Below, piece after piece: positions 11,049 to 22,472 of a DNA stretch of 64,000 bases. A program made the position numbers and the translations under genes. A model generated the notes under the pieces. That model was not told the DNA's origin. It searched no databases and worked only from the letters and a program-made list of their open reading frames with translations. Every line of letters starts with the position of its first letter. Position 1 is the first letter of the stretch. This stretch comes from Proteobacteria bacterium UBA652 (GTDB lineage Bacteria; Pseudomonadota; Gammaproteobacteria; Nitrosococcales; Methylophagaceae), in contig DBOG01000014.1 of the NCBI GenBank assembly GCA_002299915.1, positions 6,268 through 70,267 on the forward strand, written 5' to 3'.

Positions 11049-12965
11049 TTGAACGAGATGATGAAAAATCTGATTTTATGGGTTGTGGTGGCATTAATAT
11101 TGATGTCGGTATTCAATAATTTTGCGCCTAAATCAGATGATCCAAAAGAGATTGAATATTCTAATTTCATTAAGAGCTTGCGTGATGGCACCAGTGGCTT
11201 TACGGAAGTGGAACTTGATGAGCAAAAGGGAATTATTACCGGTAAATATGCAGATGGTGGTGAATTTACCGTTGATCGGCCGAATGAAGATCCAGAACTC
11301 ATTAATGATCTTGTGAACAGTGGGGTAGCATTTGATGTAAAACCACGAGAAGGTAAGAATTTATTCGTTGAATTCCTGATTGGATTTGGTCCAATATTGT
11401 TATTGATTGGGGTATGGCTTTATTTCATGCGCCAAATGAATGGTGGCGGTGGCGGTAAAAACCCGATGTCATTTGGTAAAAGCAAGGCGCGGATGCTGAG
11501 TGAAGATCAGGTGAATGTGACCTTTGATGATGTCGCGGGTGTGGATGAAGCCAAAGAAGAAGTGGGTGAATTAGTGGAGTTCTTGCGAGAGCCTGCTAAA
11601 TTCCAGAAATTAGGTGGTAAAATTCCGCGTGGTATTTTGATGGTGGGCGCGCCAGGGACAGGTAAAACCTTACTTGCTAAAGCGATTGCAGGCGAAGCAA
11701 AAGTACCGTTCTTTACGATTTCAGGTTCTGATTTTGTTGAGATGTTTGTGGGTGTCGGCGCGTCTCGTGTGCGTGATATGTTTGAGCAAGCAAAAAAACA
11801 TGCACCTTGCATTATCTTTATTGATGAAATCGATGCGGTGGGTCGTCATCGTGGTGCAGGTGTCGGCGGTGGTAATGATGAGCGTGAGCAGACTTTGAAC
11901 CAGCTATTGGTTGAAATGGATGGGTTTGAAGGTAATGAAGGCGTGATTGTGATTGCAGCAACTAACCGGCCTGATGTGCTTGATCCTGCCTTATTACGAC
12001 CCGGTCGATTTGATCGTCAAGTGGTAGTGGGCTTGCCTGATATTCGCGGACGCGAGCAAATTTTAGCGGTACATTTACGCAAGGTACCAGCAGCTGAGGA
12101 TATGGATGTCAGTGTGATCGCACGGGGCACACCTGGCTTCTCAGGTGCCGATTTGGCTAACTTAGTGAACGAAGCGGCCTTATTTGCGGCGCGTACCAAT
12201 AATCGTTTAGTGTCCATGGAAGATATGGAAAAAGCGAAAGATAAAATCATGATGGGTGCAGAGCGTAAATCCATGGTGATGAGCGAGAAAGAAAAGAAAA
12301 ATACGGCGTATCATGAGGCTGGGCATGCGATTGTCGGCCGTTTAGTGCCTTCACACGATCCTGTTTATAAGGTGAGCATTATTCCACGCGGTCGTGCCCT
12401 TGGCGTTACCATGTTTTTGCCGGAAGAAGATAAATATAGTAATAGCAAAGAAGAGTTAGAAAGTAGCTTGTCTAGTTTATATGGTGGCCGCTTGGCAGAA
12501 GAATTGATTTTTGGCAAGGATGCGGTGACAACGGGTGCATCGAATGATATCGAACGGGCGACAAGCCTTGCTCGGAGCATGGTAACGAAATGGGGTTTCT
12601 CTGAGAAGTTAGGCCCATTAGCCTACGGTGAAGATGAGGGAGAAGTGTTCTTAGGGCGGTCTATGTCGCAAAGCAATTCAATTTCAGGCGAGACAGCAAA
12701 ACAGATCGATGAAGAAGTACGAACGTTGATCAGCCGAAACTATGATCGGGCGGAAAAAATCTTAAAAGACAATATCGATAAATTACATGCGATGGCAGAT
12801 TTATTGATGAAATATGAAACCATTGATAGCGATCAGATTGATGCAATCATGGAAGGGCGCGAGCCTGGTGCCCCAAAAGATTGGTCAGATACACCACCGA
12901 CAGCGCCAACGGCAACATCGGAAGATGATACGCCCGCAGCGGATGCAGCAGGCGAGCCTGCGTAA
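11049..12965 (+). CDS. ftsH: ATP-dependent zinc metalloprotease FtsH
   Basis: 638 aa. Walker [17 protein letters not shown] region, HEAGHA zinc site. The start could instead be ATG 11058 or 11061. Confidence 0.95.
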   Translation: MNEMMKNLILWVVVALILMSVFNNFAPKSDDPKEIEYSNFIKSLRDGTSGFTEVELDEQKGIITGKYADGGEFTVDRPNEDPELINDLVNSGVAFDVKPREGKNLFVEFLIGFGPILLLIGVWLYFMRQMNGGGGGKNPMSFGKSKARMLSEDQVNVTFDDVAGVDEAKEEVGELVEFLREPAKFQKLGGKIPRGILMVGAPGTGKTLLAKAIAGEAKVPFFTISGSDFVEMFVGVGASRVRDMFEQAKKHAPCIIFIDEIDAVGRHRGAGVGGGNDEREQTLNQLLVEMDGFEGNEGVIVIAATNRPDVLDPALLRPGRFDRQVVVGLPDIRGREQILAVHLRKVPAAEDMDVSVIARGTPGFSGADLANLVNEAALFAARTNNRLVSMEDMEKAKDKIMMGAERKSMVMSEKEKKNTAYHEAGHAIVGRLVPSHDPVYKVSIIPRGRALGVTMFLPEEDKYSNSKEELESSLSSLYGGRLAEELIFGKDAVTTGASNDIERATSLARSMVTKWGFSEKLGPLAYGEDEGEVFLGRSMSQSNSISGETAKQIDEEVRTLISRNYDRAEKILKDNIDKLHAMADLLMKYETIDSDQIDAIMEGREPGAPKDWSDTPPTAPTATSEDDTPAADAAGEPA

Positions 12966-12979
12966 GAAACGCATCAAAA

Positions 12980-13816
12980 ATGCAATTAGATTGCGCAGGT
13001 AAAATACTCGATCTCACTGAACCACGAGTCATGGGGATCTTAAATGTCACCCCCGATTCATTTTCAGATGGCGGGCAGTTTGTTTCTATAGAAACCGCAC
13101 TGATGCAGGCGCGCCAAATGGCAGCAGAAGGGGCGGCAATTCTTGATATTGGTGGCGAGTCTACACGGCCAGGTGCGAAGGTTGTACCCGCTGAAGTAGA
13201 AATTGCACGGGTAGTGCCTGTTATTGAAGCTATTCATAGAGAATTAGATGTTGCTATTTCAATTGATACGATGAAGCCAGAAGTGATGCGCGCAGCTGTC
13301 GCTGCGGGTGCAGGTCTGATTAATGATGTGCAGGCCTTACAGGTCGACGGGGCTTTAGCGGCAGCGGCGGCGCTTGATGTGCCGATTTGCTTGATGCATG
13401 CACAAGGTACACCTCAAACTATGCAAGATGATCCACAGTATGATGATGTCGTACAAGAAGTGATCGACTTCTTGTTGGCACGGGTTGCTGCGTGCGAGGC
13501 TGCTGATATCGCACGTGATAAACTGATCCTCGATCCCGGTTTTGGATTTGGCAAGCAAGCACAGCATAATCTAAGATTGATGAAACATTTAGCTAATTTG
13601 GTGGGACAAGGCTTACCCGTGTTGGTTGGCGTGTCTCGTAAATCGATGATTGGTAAATTATTGAAGGTGAGCACGGCAGAACGTTTATCTGCCAGCTTGT
13701 CGCTAGCGACCTTGGCGGTGTGGCAGGGTGCAAAATTGATCCGTAGCCATGATGTCAAAGAAACGGTGCAAGCGATTGCGATGTGCCACCATGTGATGCA
13801 GGTGAATGACGGATGA
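12980..13816 (+). CDS. folP: dihydropteroate synthase
   Basis: 278 aa. [36 protein letters not shown] and DPGFGFGK motifs. Confidence 0.92.
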   Translation: MQLDCAGKILDLTEPRVMGILNVTPDSFSDGGQFVSIETALMQARQMAAEGAAILDIGGESTRPGAKVVPAEVEIARVVPVIEAIHRELDVAISIDTMKPEVMRAAVAAGAGLINDVQALQVDGALAAAAALDVPICLMHAQGTPQTMQDDPQYDDVVQEVIDFLLARVAACEAADIARDKLILDPGFGFGKQAQHNLRLMKHLANLVGQGLPVLVGVSRKSMIGKLLKVSTAERLSASLSLATLAVWQGAKLIRSHDVKETVQAIAMCHHVMQVNDG

Positions 13817-15153
13817 TGAAACAAAAACACTATTTTGGTACGGACGGCATTCGCGGCTTAGTGGGTGAAGGCAATATTACCCCAGAATTTGCCTTAAAAC
13901 TAGGTTGGGCGGCAGGTAAGGTGCTGGCAAACAGTGAACATAGCAAAGTTGTTATTGGTAAAGACACTCGGATCTCGGGCTATATGTTTGAATCAGCATT
14001 GGAAGCGGGTTTATCTGCGGCGGGGGTTGATGTGTTATTACTGGGCCCGATGCCCACTCCTGCGATTGCCTATTTAACCCGCACCTTACATGCACAAGCA
14101 GGTATTGTCATCAGTGCCTCGCACAATTCATTTCAAGATAATGGCTTCAAATTCTTTTCCAGCCAAGGCACAAAATTATCAGATGACGTTGAGTTTGCCA
14201 TTGAAGATTTACTTGATCATCCAATAAAAACAGCTGAGCCTGCGATGCTTGGGAAAGCCAGTCGGGTATCAGACGCAGCGGGTAGGTATATTGAATTTTG
14301 TAAAAGCTCAGTGGGTAGGCAAACTGATTTATCGGGAATGAAAATAGTATTAGATTGCGCGCATGGTGCTGGCTATCATGTCGGCCCACAGGTCTTCACC
14401 GAATTAGGGGCGACGGTGGCCACGATTGGTGCAGAGCCAGATGGTTTAAATATTAATCAAGGTTTTGGGGCAACGGCCACAGAAGCCCTACAAGCCGCTG
14501 TACTGACTGAACAGGCGGATGTCGGTATTGCGTTAGATGGTGATGCTGATCGCTTGATTATGGTCGATCACCGTGGTGAGGTAGTGGATGGAGATGAACT
14601 TGTTTGCATGATTGCCCGTAGCCAACAACGGCAAGGTACAGGGAAAGATTCTGTTGTCGGCACGCTAATGACTAATTTAGGCGTTGAGCATGCTTTACAG
14701 CAGCAGGGTATTACACTGCATAGAGCCAATGTGGGTGACCGCTATGTGCTTGAGATGATGAAAAAAACAGACAGCATCTTAGGCGGAGAATCGTCAGGTC
14801 ATATTATCTGTTTAGACCAAACAACCACCGGTGATGCGATTATTGCCGCATTGCAAGTGTTAGTTGAAATGCAGCAAATAGGTAGCAGCCTTAATACACT
14901 GCGGAGTGGCGTCACTAAATATCCACAGAAATTAATTAATGTACGGATACAACAGCAGATTGATTTAGCGAAAAATGATCAGATTATGAACGCAGTAAAG
15001 CAGGCAGAAACACAATTGGCGGATGCCGGGCGTGTGTTATTACGTGCATCGGGCACCGAGCCTGTGATTCGGGTGATGGTAGAAGGGCAAGATGCTTTAT
15101 TGGTGGATAAATTAGCCAATGAATTGGCGGCAGTGATTCAAGAAAATGTATAA
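13813..15153 (+). CDS. glmM: phosphoglucosamine mutase
   Basis: 446 aa. YFGTDGIRG, active-site [21 protein letters not shown] and GGESSGH motifs. ATGA overlap with folP. Confidence 0.95.
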   Translation: MMKQKHYFGTDGIRGLVGEGNITPEFALKLGWAAGKVLANSEHSKVVIGKDTRISGYMFESALEAGLSAAGVDVLLLGPMPTPAIAYLTRTLHAQAGIVISASHNSFQDNGFKFFSSQGTKLSDDVEFAIEDLLDHPIKTAEPAMLGKASRVSDAAGRYIEFCKSSVGRQTDLSGMKIVLDCAHGAGYHVGPQVFTELGATVATIGAEPDGLNINQGFGATATEALQAAVLTEQADVGIALDGDADRLIMVDHRGEVVDGDELVCMIARSQQRQGTGKDSVVGTLMTNLGVEHALQQQGITLHRANVGDRYVLEMMKKTDSILGGESSGHIICLDQTTTGDAIIAALQVLVEMQQIGSSLNTLRSGVTKYPQKLINVRIQQQIDLAKNDQIMNAVKQAETQLADAGRVLLRASGTEPVIRVMVEGQDALLVDKLANELAAVIQENV

Positions 15154-15188
15154 GATCGATTGTAGATTATCAAAGCAGAGGTGGGTTT

Positions 15189-15962
15189 GTGCGTAAGCCA
15201 ATGGTAGCAGGAAATTGGAAGATGAATGGTAACTTTGTCAGTAATGAAAAATTACTGGCAGGCTTAGCTGTACAAGCAGAAAAACTAACCGATCTTGATG
15301 TCGCTGTGTTCCCGCCAGCAGTCTATCTACAACAAGTAAAAGAAGCGCTACGGGATACAGGAATCGATTGGGGCACTCAAAACTTATCGCAATTTGATCA
15401 AGGTGCGTATACGGGTGAACTATCAGCAGTCATGCTGAAAGATTTTGCGTGCCGTTATGTCTTGATTGGTCATTCAGAACGCCGCTGCTTATATGCCGAA
15501 CTCGATTTAGATCAGCATGTACTAGATAAAATATGCGGTGAAAAGTATAGCATGGCACTCAATACGGGACTTTCGCCTATTTTATGTATTGGTGAAAGTC
15601 TTGCAGAATATGAAGCGGGTCAAACCGAAGAAATTATTGCGCAATTATTGGATATTGTTATCGCAGAACAAGGTGTAAAGGCTTTATCTAAAGCGGTGCT
15701 CGCTTATGAACCCGTCTGGGCGATTGGCACAGGTAAAACGGCAACGCCTGAGTGGGCGCAGTCTGTACACGAATTTATGCGCAAGCGTATTGCAAAACAT
15801 GATGAAGAAACAGCTGCGGGCATACAAATCCTTTACGGCGGCAGCGTAAAAGGGGATAATGCGACACCGTTATTTTCTATGGCAGATATTGATGGTGGGC
15901 TGATCGGGGGTGCGTCACTTGATGCAGATGAGTTCATTGATATTTGTTTGGCAGCGCTCTAG
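15189..15962 (+). CDS. tpiA: triose-phosphate isomerase
   Basis: 257 aa. VAGNWKMNG, IGHSERR, AYEPVWAIGTGKTAT and YGGSV motifs. GTG start. Confidence 0.9.
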   Translation: MRKPMVAGNWKMNGNFVSNEKLLAGLAVQAEKLTDLDVAVFPPAVYLQQVKEALRDTGIDWGTQNLSQFDQGAYTGELSAVMLKDFACRYVLIGHSERRCLYAELDLDQHVLDKICGEKYSMALNTGLSPILCIGESLAEYEAGQTEEIIAQLLDIVIAEQGVKALSKAVLAYEPVWAIGTGKTATPEWAQSVHEFMRKRIAKHDEETAAGIQILYGGSVKGDNATPLFSMADIDGGLIGGASLDADEFIDICLAAL

Positions 15963-15989
15963 AGTATATTTTTGGAAGAGGTTTTTTAG

Positions 15990-16337
15990 ATGAACATGAT
16001 TTTATTAGTGGCACACATTGCTATCGCAGTGATGTTAGTCGGTTTGATTTTAATCCAGCATGGTAAAGGTGCTGATGCAGGTGCCGCAGCACTTGGTGGT
16101 GGAGGCGGTGGCGCAGGTGGTGGTTCAGGTTCAGTATTTGGTAGCCAAGGTTCGGCTTCATTTCTAAGTCGCAGCAGCGCGATTCTAGCCGCTTTATTTT
16201 TCTGCACCAGCCTAACACTCGCTTATTATTCAGGTAATAATCGTGGCGAATCGGCGGTGAGCGTAACAGAACCTGCTGCAGCAGCCGTTATTGAAGAAGT
16301 TGCCCCCGAGGTAATACCCTCAGATCTACCTGAATAA
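15990..16337 (+). CDS. secG: preprotein translocase subunit SecG
   Basis: 115 aa. Two TM helices flanking a Gly-rich loop (LIQHGKGADAG ... GGG). Conserved position before tRNA-Leu. Confidence 0.85.
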   Translation: MNMILLVAHIAIAVMLVGLILIQHGKGADAGAAALGGGGGGAGGGSGSVFGSQGSASFLSRSSAILAALFFCTSLTLAYYSGNNRGESAVSVTEPAAAAVIEEVAPEVIPSDLPE

Positions 16338-16344
16338 AAAACAT

Positions 16345-16429
16345 GCCGACGTGGTGAAATTGGTAGACACGCCATCTTGAGGGGGTGGTGGCTTAGGCTG
16401 TGGCGGTTCGACTCCGCCCGTCGGCACCA
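16345..16429 (+). tRNA. leuU: tRNA-Leu (anticodon GAG), class II with long variable arm, CCA encoded
   Basis: Acceptor stem GCCGACG/CGTCGGC. Anticodon stem CCATC/GGTGG with loop TTGAGGG. Long variable arm. T-arm GCGGTTCGACTCCGC. Same secG-tRNA-Leu(GAG) linkage as in E. coli. Confidence 0.9.
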
Positions 16430-16440
16430 AAAAAATATAA

Positions 16441-16467
16441 AGCCCGCTTATGTAGCGGGCTTTTTTG
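16441..16467. terminator. bidirectional intrinsic terminator between tRNA-Leu and acs
   Basis: AGCCCGC-ttatgta-GCGGGCT hairpin flanked by an A-run upstream and TTTTTT downstream. Confidence 0.75.
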
Positions 16468-16470
16468 TGC

Positions 16471-18435
16471 CTAAGTTCTCCCTTGTAGCTGCGGTAAAAT
16501 TGATTCATTTTCTAACGTTGAGGTATCAGAGGTGATTTCCTCGCCTTTGGCGATGGTGCGGAGTAGGCGGCGCATGATTTTCCCCGAACGCGTTTTAGGC
16601 AAATTATCCGCATAGCGAATTTCATCGGGTTTGGCGATGGCACCAATTTGCTCGCCAACCCAAGCACGTAGGGTTTGCGTGAGTTCATCGTCAATGCCGC
16701 CAGTAGGGCGTTCACCTTTTAATACGACATAGGCAAACACAGATTCACCCTTGATATCATGGGGTTTGCCGACAATAGCTGCTTCTGCAACCAGTGGGTT
16801 GGCGACTAAGGCAGATTCTATTTCCATGGTGCCAAGCCGATGGCCTGATACATTGAGTACATCATCAATTCGGCCCATGATCCAGAAAAAACCATCTTCA
16901 TCTCGCCGTGCACTATCGCCGGCAAGATAATATTTACCGTCAAAGTAGGGCCAATAACTATCTTGATAGCGCTGGTCATCTCCCCATACGGTTTGGAGCA
17001 TAGAGGGCCAAGGTTGACGGATCACGAGATAACCGCCTTCATTAGCGGTGGTGATTTCTTCACCTTCTTGATTGACGATAGCGGCATCAATACCAGGTAA
17101 GGCACGGGTGCAAGAGCCAGGTTTGGTGGTGGTTGCGCCTGGAACTGGGGCAATCATATGGGCGCCTGTTTCGGTTTGCCACCAAGTGTCTACGATAGGG
17201 CAACGTTCGCCACCGATCACTTTGTGATACCAGATCCAGGCTTCGGGGTTAATGGGTTCGCCGACGGTGCCGAGTAAACGTAATTTGGAGAGATCGTGTT
17301 TGTTGGGGAAATCATCACCTTGTTTGATCAATGCTCGAATGGCGGTGGGCGCGGTATAGAAAATAGTGACGCTATGGCGTTCACACATCTCCCAGAACCG
17401 ACCAGCATCAGGATAGGTGGGTACACCTTCGAATATGACAATCGTTGCTCCTGTCGCCAGTGGGCCATAAGCCACATAACTATGCCCTGTGATCCAACCG
17501 ACATCAGCCGTACACCAAAATACATCGGTATCTTGAATATCGAATACCCAGCGCATAGTAGTAATCGCATTAAGCAAATAACCACCAGAAGAATGTTGGA
17601 TCCCTTTGGGTTTGCCGGTTGAGCCAGAGGTGTAGAGTAAGAATAAGGGATGTGTCGCATCAACCCAAACAGGTTCACAGACGTGGCTTTGGCCTTCTAC
17701 AGCATCCTGCCACCAAATATCGCGCCCAGCTTGCATACTAATATTATGCCCTGTACGTTTGAATACAATCACAGATTCAATACTTTTGCAGCCTGATTCA
17801 AGCGCACTGTCCGTCGTGGCTTTCAGCTCAACAACCCGGCCTCCACGATGTCCGCCATCTGCGGTGATCACCATTTTTGCACGGGTATCTTCAATCCGAT
17901 CTTTTAATGACGAGGCAGAGAATCCGCCAAACACCACAGAATGAATCGCGCCAATTCGGGCGCAGGCTTGCATCGCAACCACGGCTTCGGCAATCATCGG
18001 CATATAGATGATAACGCGGTCGCCTTGGGCAATCCCTTGGGCGGTTAAAGCGTTGGCAAAGGCGCAGACGCGGCTATGGAGTTCGCGATAAGTAATATGT
18101 GCTACATCACCGGCATCACCTTCAAAAATAATGGCTGTTTTATCAGCATGTTTTTCAAGTTGGCGATCTAAGCAGTTATAAGACACATTGAGTTTGCCGT
18201 CGGGAAACCAGCGATAGAAAGGCGCATTGCTATCATCTAATGTTTGGGTAAATGGGGTTTGCCAATCAATCTCACTGCGGGCCTGATTAGCCCAAAAACC
18301 AATATTGTCTTTTTCTGCCGCGGCATATAAATCGGCTAATTTATCCGCAGATAGGCTGGCTGTTTTTAGAAAAGCAGGGCTGGGTGGAAATTGGCGATCT
18401 TCATGCAAGGTTGATTGGATATTATTTTCAGACAT
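16471..18435 (-). CDS. acs: acetyl-CoA synthetase (AMP-forming)
   Basis: 654 aa. [23 protein letters not shown] and [11 protein letters not shown] motifs. Confidence 0.95.
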   Translation of the reverse strand: MSENNIQSTLHEDRQFPPSPAFLKTASLSADKLADLYAAAEKDNIGFWANQARSEIDWQTPFTQTLDDSNAPFYRWFPDGKLNVSYNCLDRQLEKHADKTAIIFEGDAGDVAHITYRELHSRVCAFANALTAQGIAQGDRVIIYMPMIAEAVVAMQACARIGAIHSVVFGGFSASSLKDRIEDTRAKMVITADGGHRGGRVVELKATTDSALESGCKSIESVIVFKRTGHNISMQAGRDIWWQDAVEGQSHVCEPVWVDATHPLFLLYTSGSTGKPKGIQHSSGGYLLNAITTMRWVFDIQDTDVFWCTADVGWITGHSYVAYGPLATGATIVIFEGVPTYPDAGRFWEMCERHSVTIFYTAPTAIRALIKQGDDFPNKHDLSKLRLLGTVGEPINPEAWIWYHKVIGGERCPIVDTWWQTETGAHMIAPVPGATTTKPGSCTRALPGIDAAIVNQEGEEITTANEGGYLVIRQPWPSMLQTVWGDDQRYQDSYWPYFDGKYYLAGDSARRDEDGFFWIMGRIDDVLNVSGHRLGTMEIESALVANPLVAEAAIVGKPHDIKGESVFAYVVLKGERPTGGIDDELTQTLRAWVGEQIGAIAKPDEIRYADNLPKTRSGKIMRRLLRTIAKGEEITSDTSTLENESILPQLQGRT

Positions 18436-18519
18436 AGTAGAGCCTTCAATGTGTATGTTTTTTCAATAAGGTGAAATAACCACCCTAAAATAATATAGGG
18501 TGGTCATTTTTAATTTGGC

Positions 18520-20040
18520 TTAGAAGAATCCTAGTGGGCTAGTGCTATAGCTAACTAAGAGGTTTTTAGTTTGTTGGTAATGATCGAGCATCATTTTATG
18601 GGTTTCACGACCAATTCCTGATTTTTTGTAGCCACCGAATGCGGCATGGGCCGGATAGAGGTGATAGCAGTTTGTCCAGACGCGGCCTGCTTGAATGCCG
18701 CGACCCATGCGATAGGCAAGATTCATATCACGGGTCCATAATCCTGCCCCTAAACCAAACTCAGTATCATTAGCAATCGCTAAGGCTTCGGCCTCGTCTT
18801 TAAAAGTGGCAACAGACACGACTGGGCCAAAAATTTCTTCTTGGAACACACGCATATTATTAGTGCCTTTTAATAGCGTGGGTTCGATATAGTAGCCGCT
18901 GTCAAATTCACTGCCGACTTGTGCCACTTTCCCACCTAATAGTAATTCGGCCCCTTCTGCTTTACCGATATCCATATAGCTGAGGATTTTGTCGAATTGA
19001 TCTTTTGATGCTTGTGCGCCGACCATGGTTTCCGTGTCCAATGGATTGCCGCGAATGATTTTTTTAGACCGGTCGATAACAATGCTGATGAACTCATCAT
19101 AAATGCTTTCTTGAATTAACGCACGAGAAGGGCAGGTACACACCTCACCTTGGTTGAAGAACGCGAGTACAGCGCCTTCTGCGGCTTTGCTGATATAGTC
19201 ATCTTCTTGATTCATAATATCTTCAAAGAAGATATTGGGTGATTTACCGCCTAACTCAACGGTTGATGGGATTAAACTTTCAGCGGCGCGTTTTAAAATA
19301 TGTTGGCCGACAGGGGTAGACCCGGTGAAAGCAATTTTAGCGATGCGGGAGCTGCTAGCTAATGCTTCGCCTGCTTCTTTACCATAGCCATTAACGATAT
19401 TAAGCACGCCTGGTGGAATTAAATCACCAATCACTTCCATTAATTTTAAGATGGAAACAGGCGTTTGCTCTGCCGGTTTCATTACAATGCAGTTACCCGT
19501 TACTAATGCAGGTGCTAGTTTCCAAGCGGCCATTAACAGCGGGAAATTCCACGGGATAATTTGACCGACCACACCTAGTGGCTCATGGAATTGATACGAT
19601 ACAGTAGTTTCATCAATCTCTCCCATGGTGCCTTCTTGGGCGCGCATACAACCGGCATAATAACGGAAATGATCAACGCATAATGGTACGTCTGCATTGA
19701 GCGTTTCACGAACAGCTTTACCGTTATCCCAAGTTTCAGCAACAGCCAGCATTTCAAGATTCGCTTCAATCCGATCGGCAATTTTGAGCAAGATATTTGA
19801 GCGTTCGGTGACCGATGTTTTCGCCCAAGCGTCTTTTGCGGCATGGGCAGCATCTAAGGCGAGGTTGACATCTTCTTCAGTTGAGCGCGGGATCTCGCAA
19901 AAACCTTCACCTGTAACCGGTGAGACATTACTAAAGTAATCTCCTTTAACAGGCGCGATCCAATCACCATTTATATAGTTACCATAACGTTCTTTGAATG
20001 AAACAACTGCGCCATCTGTACCTGGTTGTGCGTAAATCAT
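18520..20040 (-). CDS. NAD(P)-dependent aldehyde dehydrogenase (acetaldehyde dehydrogenase-like, AldB/ExaC type)
   Basis: 506 aa. [22 protein letters not shown] and [13 protein letters not shown] (catalytic Cys) motifs. Upstream of acs on the same strand. Confidence 0.9.
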   Translation of the reverse strand: MIYAQPGTDGAVVSFKERYGNYINGDWIAPVKGDYFSNVSPVTGEGFCEIPRSTEEDVNLALDAAHAAKDAWAKTSVTERSNILLKIADRIEANLEMLAVAETWDNGKAVRETLNADVPLCVDHFRYYAGCMRAQEGTMGEIDETTVSYQFHEPLGVVGQIIPWNFPLLMAAWKLAPALVTGNCIVMKPAEQTPVSILKLMEVIGDLIPPGVLNIVNGYGKEAGEALASSSRIAKIAFTGSTPVGQHILKRAAESLIPSTVELGGKSPNIFFEDIMNQEDDYISKAAEGAVLAFFNQGEVCTCPSRALIQESIYDEFISIVIDRSKKIIRGNPLDTETMVGAQASKDQFDKILSYMDIGKAEGAELLLGGKVAQVGSEFDSGYYIEPTLLKGTNNMRVFQEEIFGPVVSVATFKDEAEALAIANDTEFGLGAGLWTRDMNLAYRMGRGIQAGRVWTNCYHLYPAHAAFGGYKKSGIGRETHKMMLDHYQQTKNLLVSYSTSPLGFF

Positions 20041-20194
20041 AAATTTTACTCGCTATTTATTAAAGGGATAAAAGCTTAATCATAAACCTGTTAAAGACAA
20101 ATGTACTTGACTGAGAATCCTAAAAACTTGACTATCATTCCCGAATGGCGCGAGAATTGAATTTATGATTTATAAAACCTCTCTAGCGTAACAG

Positions 20195-21103
20195 ATGCAA
20201 CAGGCATTACTACCACTGTCAAAAAGACGCGAAAAGCGTCAATTATTGGTTGAAAACAAAGTGTCTTTTCAGGGACCAGAATCGATATTGAGTGTGTATG
20301 ATACGTATCGCGCTGCTTCTCGGGTGGGGTTGGATGCGGAACAGTTACTTTATTGTGGCATGGTCAAAGGTCGGAAGATTATGCATGATCTCCACCAAGA
20401 ACAAGGGCAAGTATTTTTGCCGCATGAATCGTATGTGATGCCGCCGGGTGAATATGTTGAAATTGATTTTCCAGAGGCCAATGAAAAACGCCCAACAACC
20501 TGTTTGACTATTGAAATTCCTAAAGATCGGATTGAGTTTTTATCGGAGAGGATGCGGGATATCACTAGGCTAGATACGCTGGAACATGACTGGCAATATC
20601 AGCCGCATGTGATCCATACGCATCACACAGGAGAAACCCAGCAATTATTAGAGCGGCTGGTGACCTTGTTTACTAATAATGTGCCCGATAAGGAGATATT
20701 GGTTGATTTAGGGGTGACGGAACTTATCATTCGTATGCTCAGGCAGCAGGGGCGAGACGTGTTATTAAATGCGTGTCGTTATACTCCTGATACTAATGGT
20801 GTGGTGGCCGTATTGGCATTGATAACACAAAATATCTCACAACCGCTCGATATTGATATGTTATGTAAAAAATCCTGTATGAGCCGAAGTAAATTGTATG
20901 TCGAGTTTAAGAAACAGCTAGGGTGTTCTCCTGGTGAATATCAGCAACAATCTCGGTTAAAAATTGCAGCGGCAGCGATTCAGAATGGCACATCCGTAAC
21001 GGAGGCTTGTTATCGTGTTGGATTTAACGATTTAAGCCATTTTAGCCGTCGATTTACGCAACGCTATGGTTGTGTACCCAGCCGATATCATTCTACTAAA
21101 TAG
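20195..21103 (+). CDS. AraC-family transcriptional regulator
   Basis: 302 aa. C-terminal double HTH (SRSKLYVEFKKQLGCSPGEYQQQSRL ... VGFNDLSHFSRRFTQRYG). Divergent from the aldehyde dehydrogenase gene. Confidence 0.8.
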   Translation: MQQALLPLSKRREKRQLLVENKVSFQGPESILSVYDTYRAASRVGLDAEQLLYCGMVKGRKIMHDLHQEQGQVFLPHESYVMPPGEYVEIDFPEANEKRPTTCLTIEIPKDRIEFLSERMRDITRLDTLEHDWQYQPHVIHTHHTGETQQLLERLVTLFTNNVPDKEILVDLGVTELIIRMLRQQGRDVLLNACRYTPDTNGVVAVLALITQNISQPLDIDMLCKKSCMSRSKLYVEFKKQLGCSPGEYQQQSRLKIAAAAIQNGTSVTEACYRVGFNDLSHFSRRFTQRYGCVPSRYHSTK

Positions 21104-21111
21104 GCATAAAA

Positions 21112-21150
21112 AAGCCCAAGCGACTTAAAAGTAACTTGGGCTTTTGTTTT
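21112..21150. terminator. bidirectional intrinsic terminator between the AraC gene and the DUF937 gene
   Basis: AAGCCCAAG ... CTTGGGCTT hairpin with an A-run on one side and TTTTGTTTT on the other. Confidence 0.65.
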
Positions 21151-21165
21151 GAGCTGGTTTAGTGT

Positions 21166-22293
21166 CTAGCCAGGTTGTGGTTGGAATAAAGCTAGTTTTT
21201 GCACTAACCCTTCTACAACAGGCTTAATAACTGGGCCAACACCTGGGATAGCATCAAGCTTGCTTAGTAATGCTTGAAGTTGAGGCAAGCCATCAGAAAC
21301 AATTTTCATGATCGGCTCTTGCGCAGCTGCAGGCAGTTTATTTAACATGCCCGCTAGATTACCTAGTTCACTTGTTGCTGATGTGAGTTGTGGTAATGCT
21401 GCTTCAGCAGAGGCAACATCAGTGATGCTACCAAGAGAGCTCATAAGGCCGCCCATTACGCTTGTTACATCCTTGCCAAGACTAACACCATTAACAGCAC
21501 CAGCGGCAGAACTTGCCACATCACCCATCGTGTCTCTAGCAGAATCAACAGTACTCCCCATTGTATCTCTTGCAGAATCGACTGTTTCACCAACTGTATT
21601 TCGTGCTGATTCAGCGAGGTTATCTACATCGCCTTTGAAAAACATATTATAAGCAAACCATAAAGCAGCCGCGAGTAATGCAAGCGGTATCAGTTTACCT
21701 AAGAATGATTTTCCTTCACGCGCAACTTGTTGCGGTGCACCAGTTACATTTGAAGATAAGTGTTGAGAGAATCCAGTTGGCATTGCCGCAGTAATATTAT
21801 CTTTTTGGCCATTTAGCATACCCATCAAGCTACCAACATTTAAACCACCGCCACCACCGCCGAGCAATTTGCGTTTAATAACACCAAAAACAATCGGTGC
21901 GAGCAAGCCTAATAATGATTTAACAGGGCCCTTACCAGCGCCACTAAACCCAGCGACGGCACCCACTAGATTACCTAGACCACTACCATTACTACCCAGC
22001 AATGAGCCTAAAACATTTACCCCTGCGCTCATCATACTGCTTTGGCCACTGCCACCCAGTAAGCCGCCTAAGTTATCCAGGATGCTATCATCTTGATCGC
22101 TAATAGCGCCGAGCATGGCTTCGGCACCTGAATTAGATGCGCCAGCTCCCATTAGACCACTTAATAGGCCTGGTAATGCGCTGCTAATTGCGGAACTGTT
22201 TTGGGTGGAATCCCCGCCTAAAACCCCTCCTAGCTGGCTCATTACTTGTTCACTAAGTTGATCTTTAACAAGGTCAATTAAATTAAAACTCAT
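21166..22293 (-). CDS. DUF937-like Gly/Ser-rich membrane protein with short tandem repeats
   Basis: N-terminus MSFNLIDLVKDQLSEQVMSQLGGVLGG plus Gly/Leu/Ser-rich low-complexity region is typical of DUF937. One TM helix (LIPLALLAAALWFAYNMFF). Repeated TVDSARDTMG units. ATG 22293 is 7 nt after GAGGAG. Confidence 0.55.
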   Translation of the reverse strand: MSFNLIDLVKDQLSEQVMSQLGGVLGGDSTQNSSAISSALPGLLSGLMGAGASNSGAEAMLGAISDQDDSILDNLGGLLGGSGQSSMMSAGVNVLGSLLGSNGSGLGNLVGAVAGFSGAGKGPVKSLLGLLAPIVFGVIKRKLLGGGGGGLNVGSLMGMLNGQKDNITAAMPTGFSQHLSSNVTGAPQQVAREGKSFLGKLIPLALLAAALWFAYNMFFKGDVDNLAESARNTVGETVDSARDTMGSTVDSARDTMGDVASSAAGAVNGVSLGKDVTSVMGGLMSSLGSITDVASAEAALPQLTSATSELGNLAGMLNKLPAAAQEPIMKIVSDGLPQLQALLSKLDAIPGVGPVIKPVVEGLVQKLALFQPQPG

Positions 22294-22472
22294 CGTCATA
22301 CTCCTCAATTTGTATGTTTAGTGTTTCCAGACTGAAAATGACTGGAATATAGTTAGCATAACGTAAATTTAGATGTAATGTAATAAAACCGCCACTACGC
22401 TGTGAAAAATTTAGAGAGTGAAGAGAGCGGTAAGATTATTTAGGAGGATAATGATCGAGGATATGAAAAAAT

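Noticed and set aside
13476-13489. TGGCAC ... TTGCT resembling a sigma-54 promoter inside folP
   Set aside because: The spacing between the elements is 3 nt rather than 5, it lies within coding sequence, and there is no nearby activator or target gene.
15986-16218. Pro-rich minus-strand ORFs antisense to secG
   Set aside because: They are an artefact of the Gly-rich (GGN) run in secG read on the opposite strand.
16345-16470. tRNA-Leu as a possible integration site for a genomic island
   Set aside because: There is no integrase, no direct repeat of the tRNA 3' end and no foreign-looking genes nearby. The flanking acs gene and the conserved secG-tRNA-Leu linkage look native.
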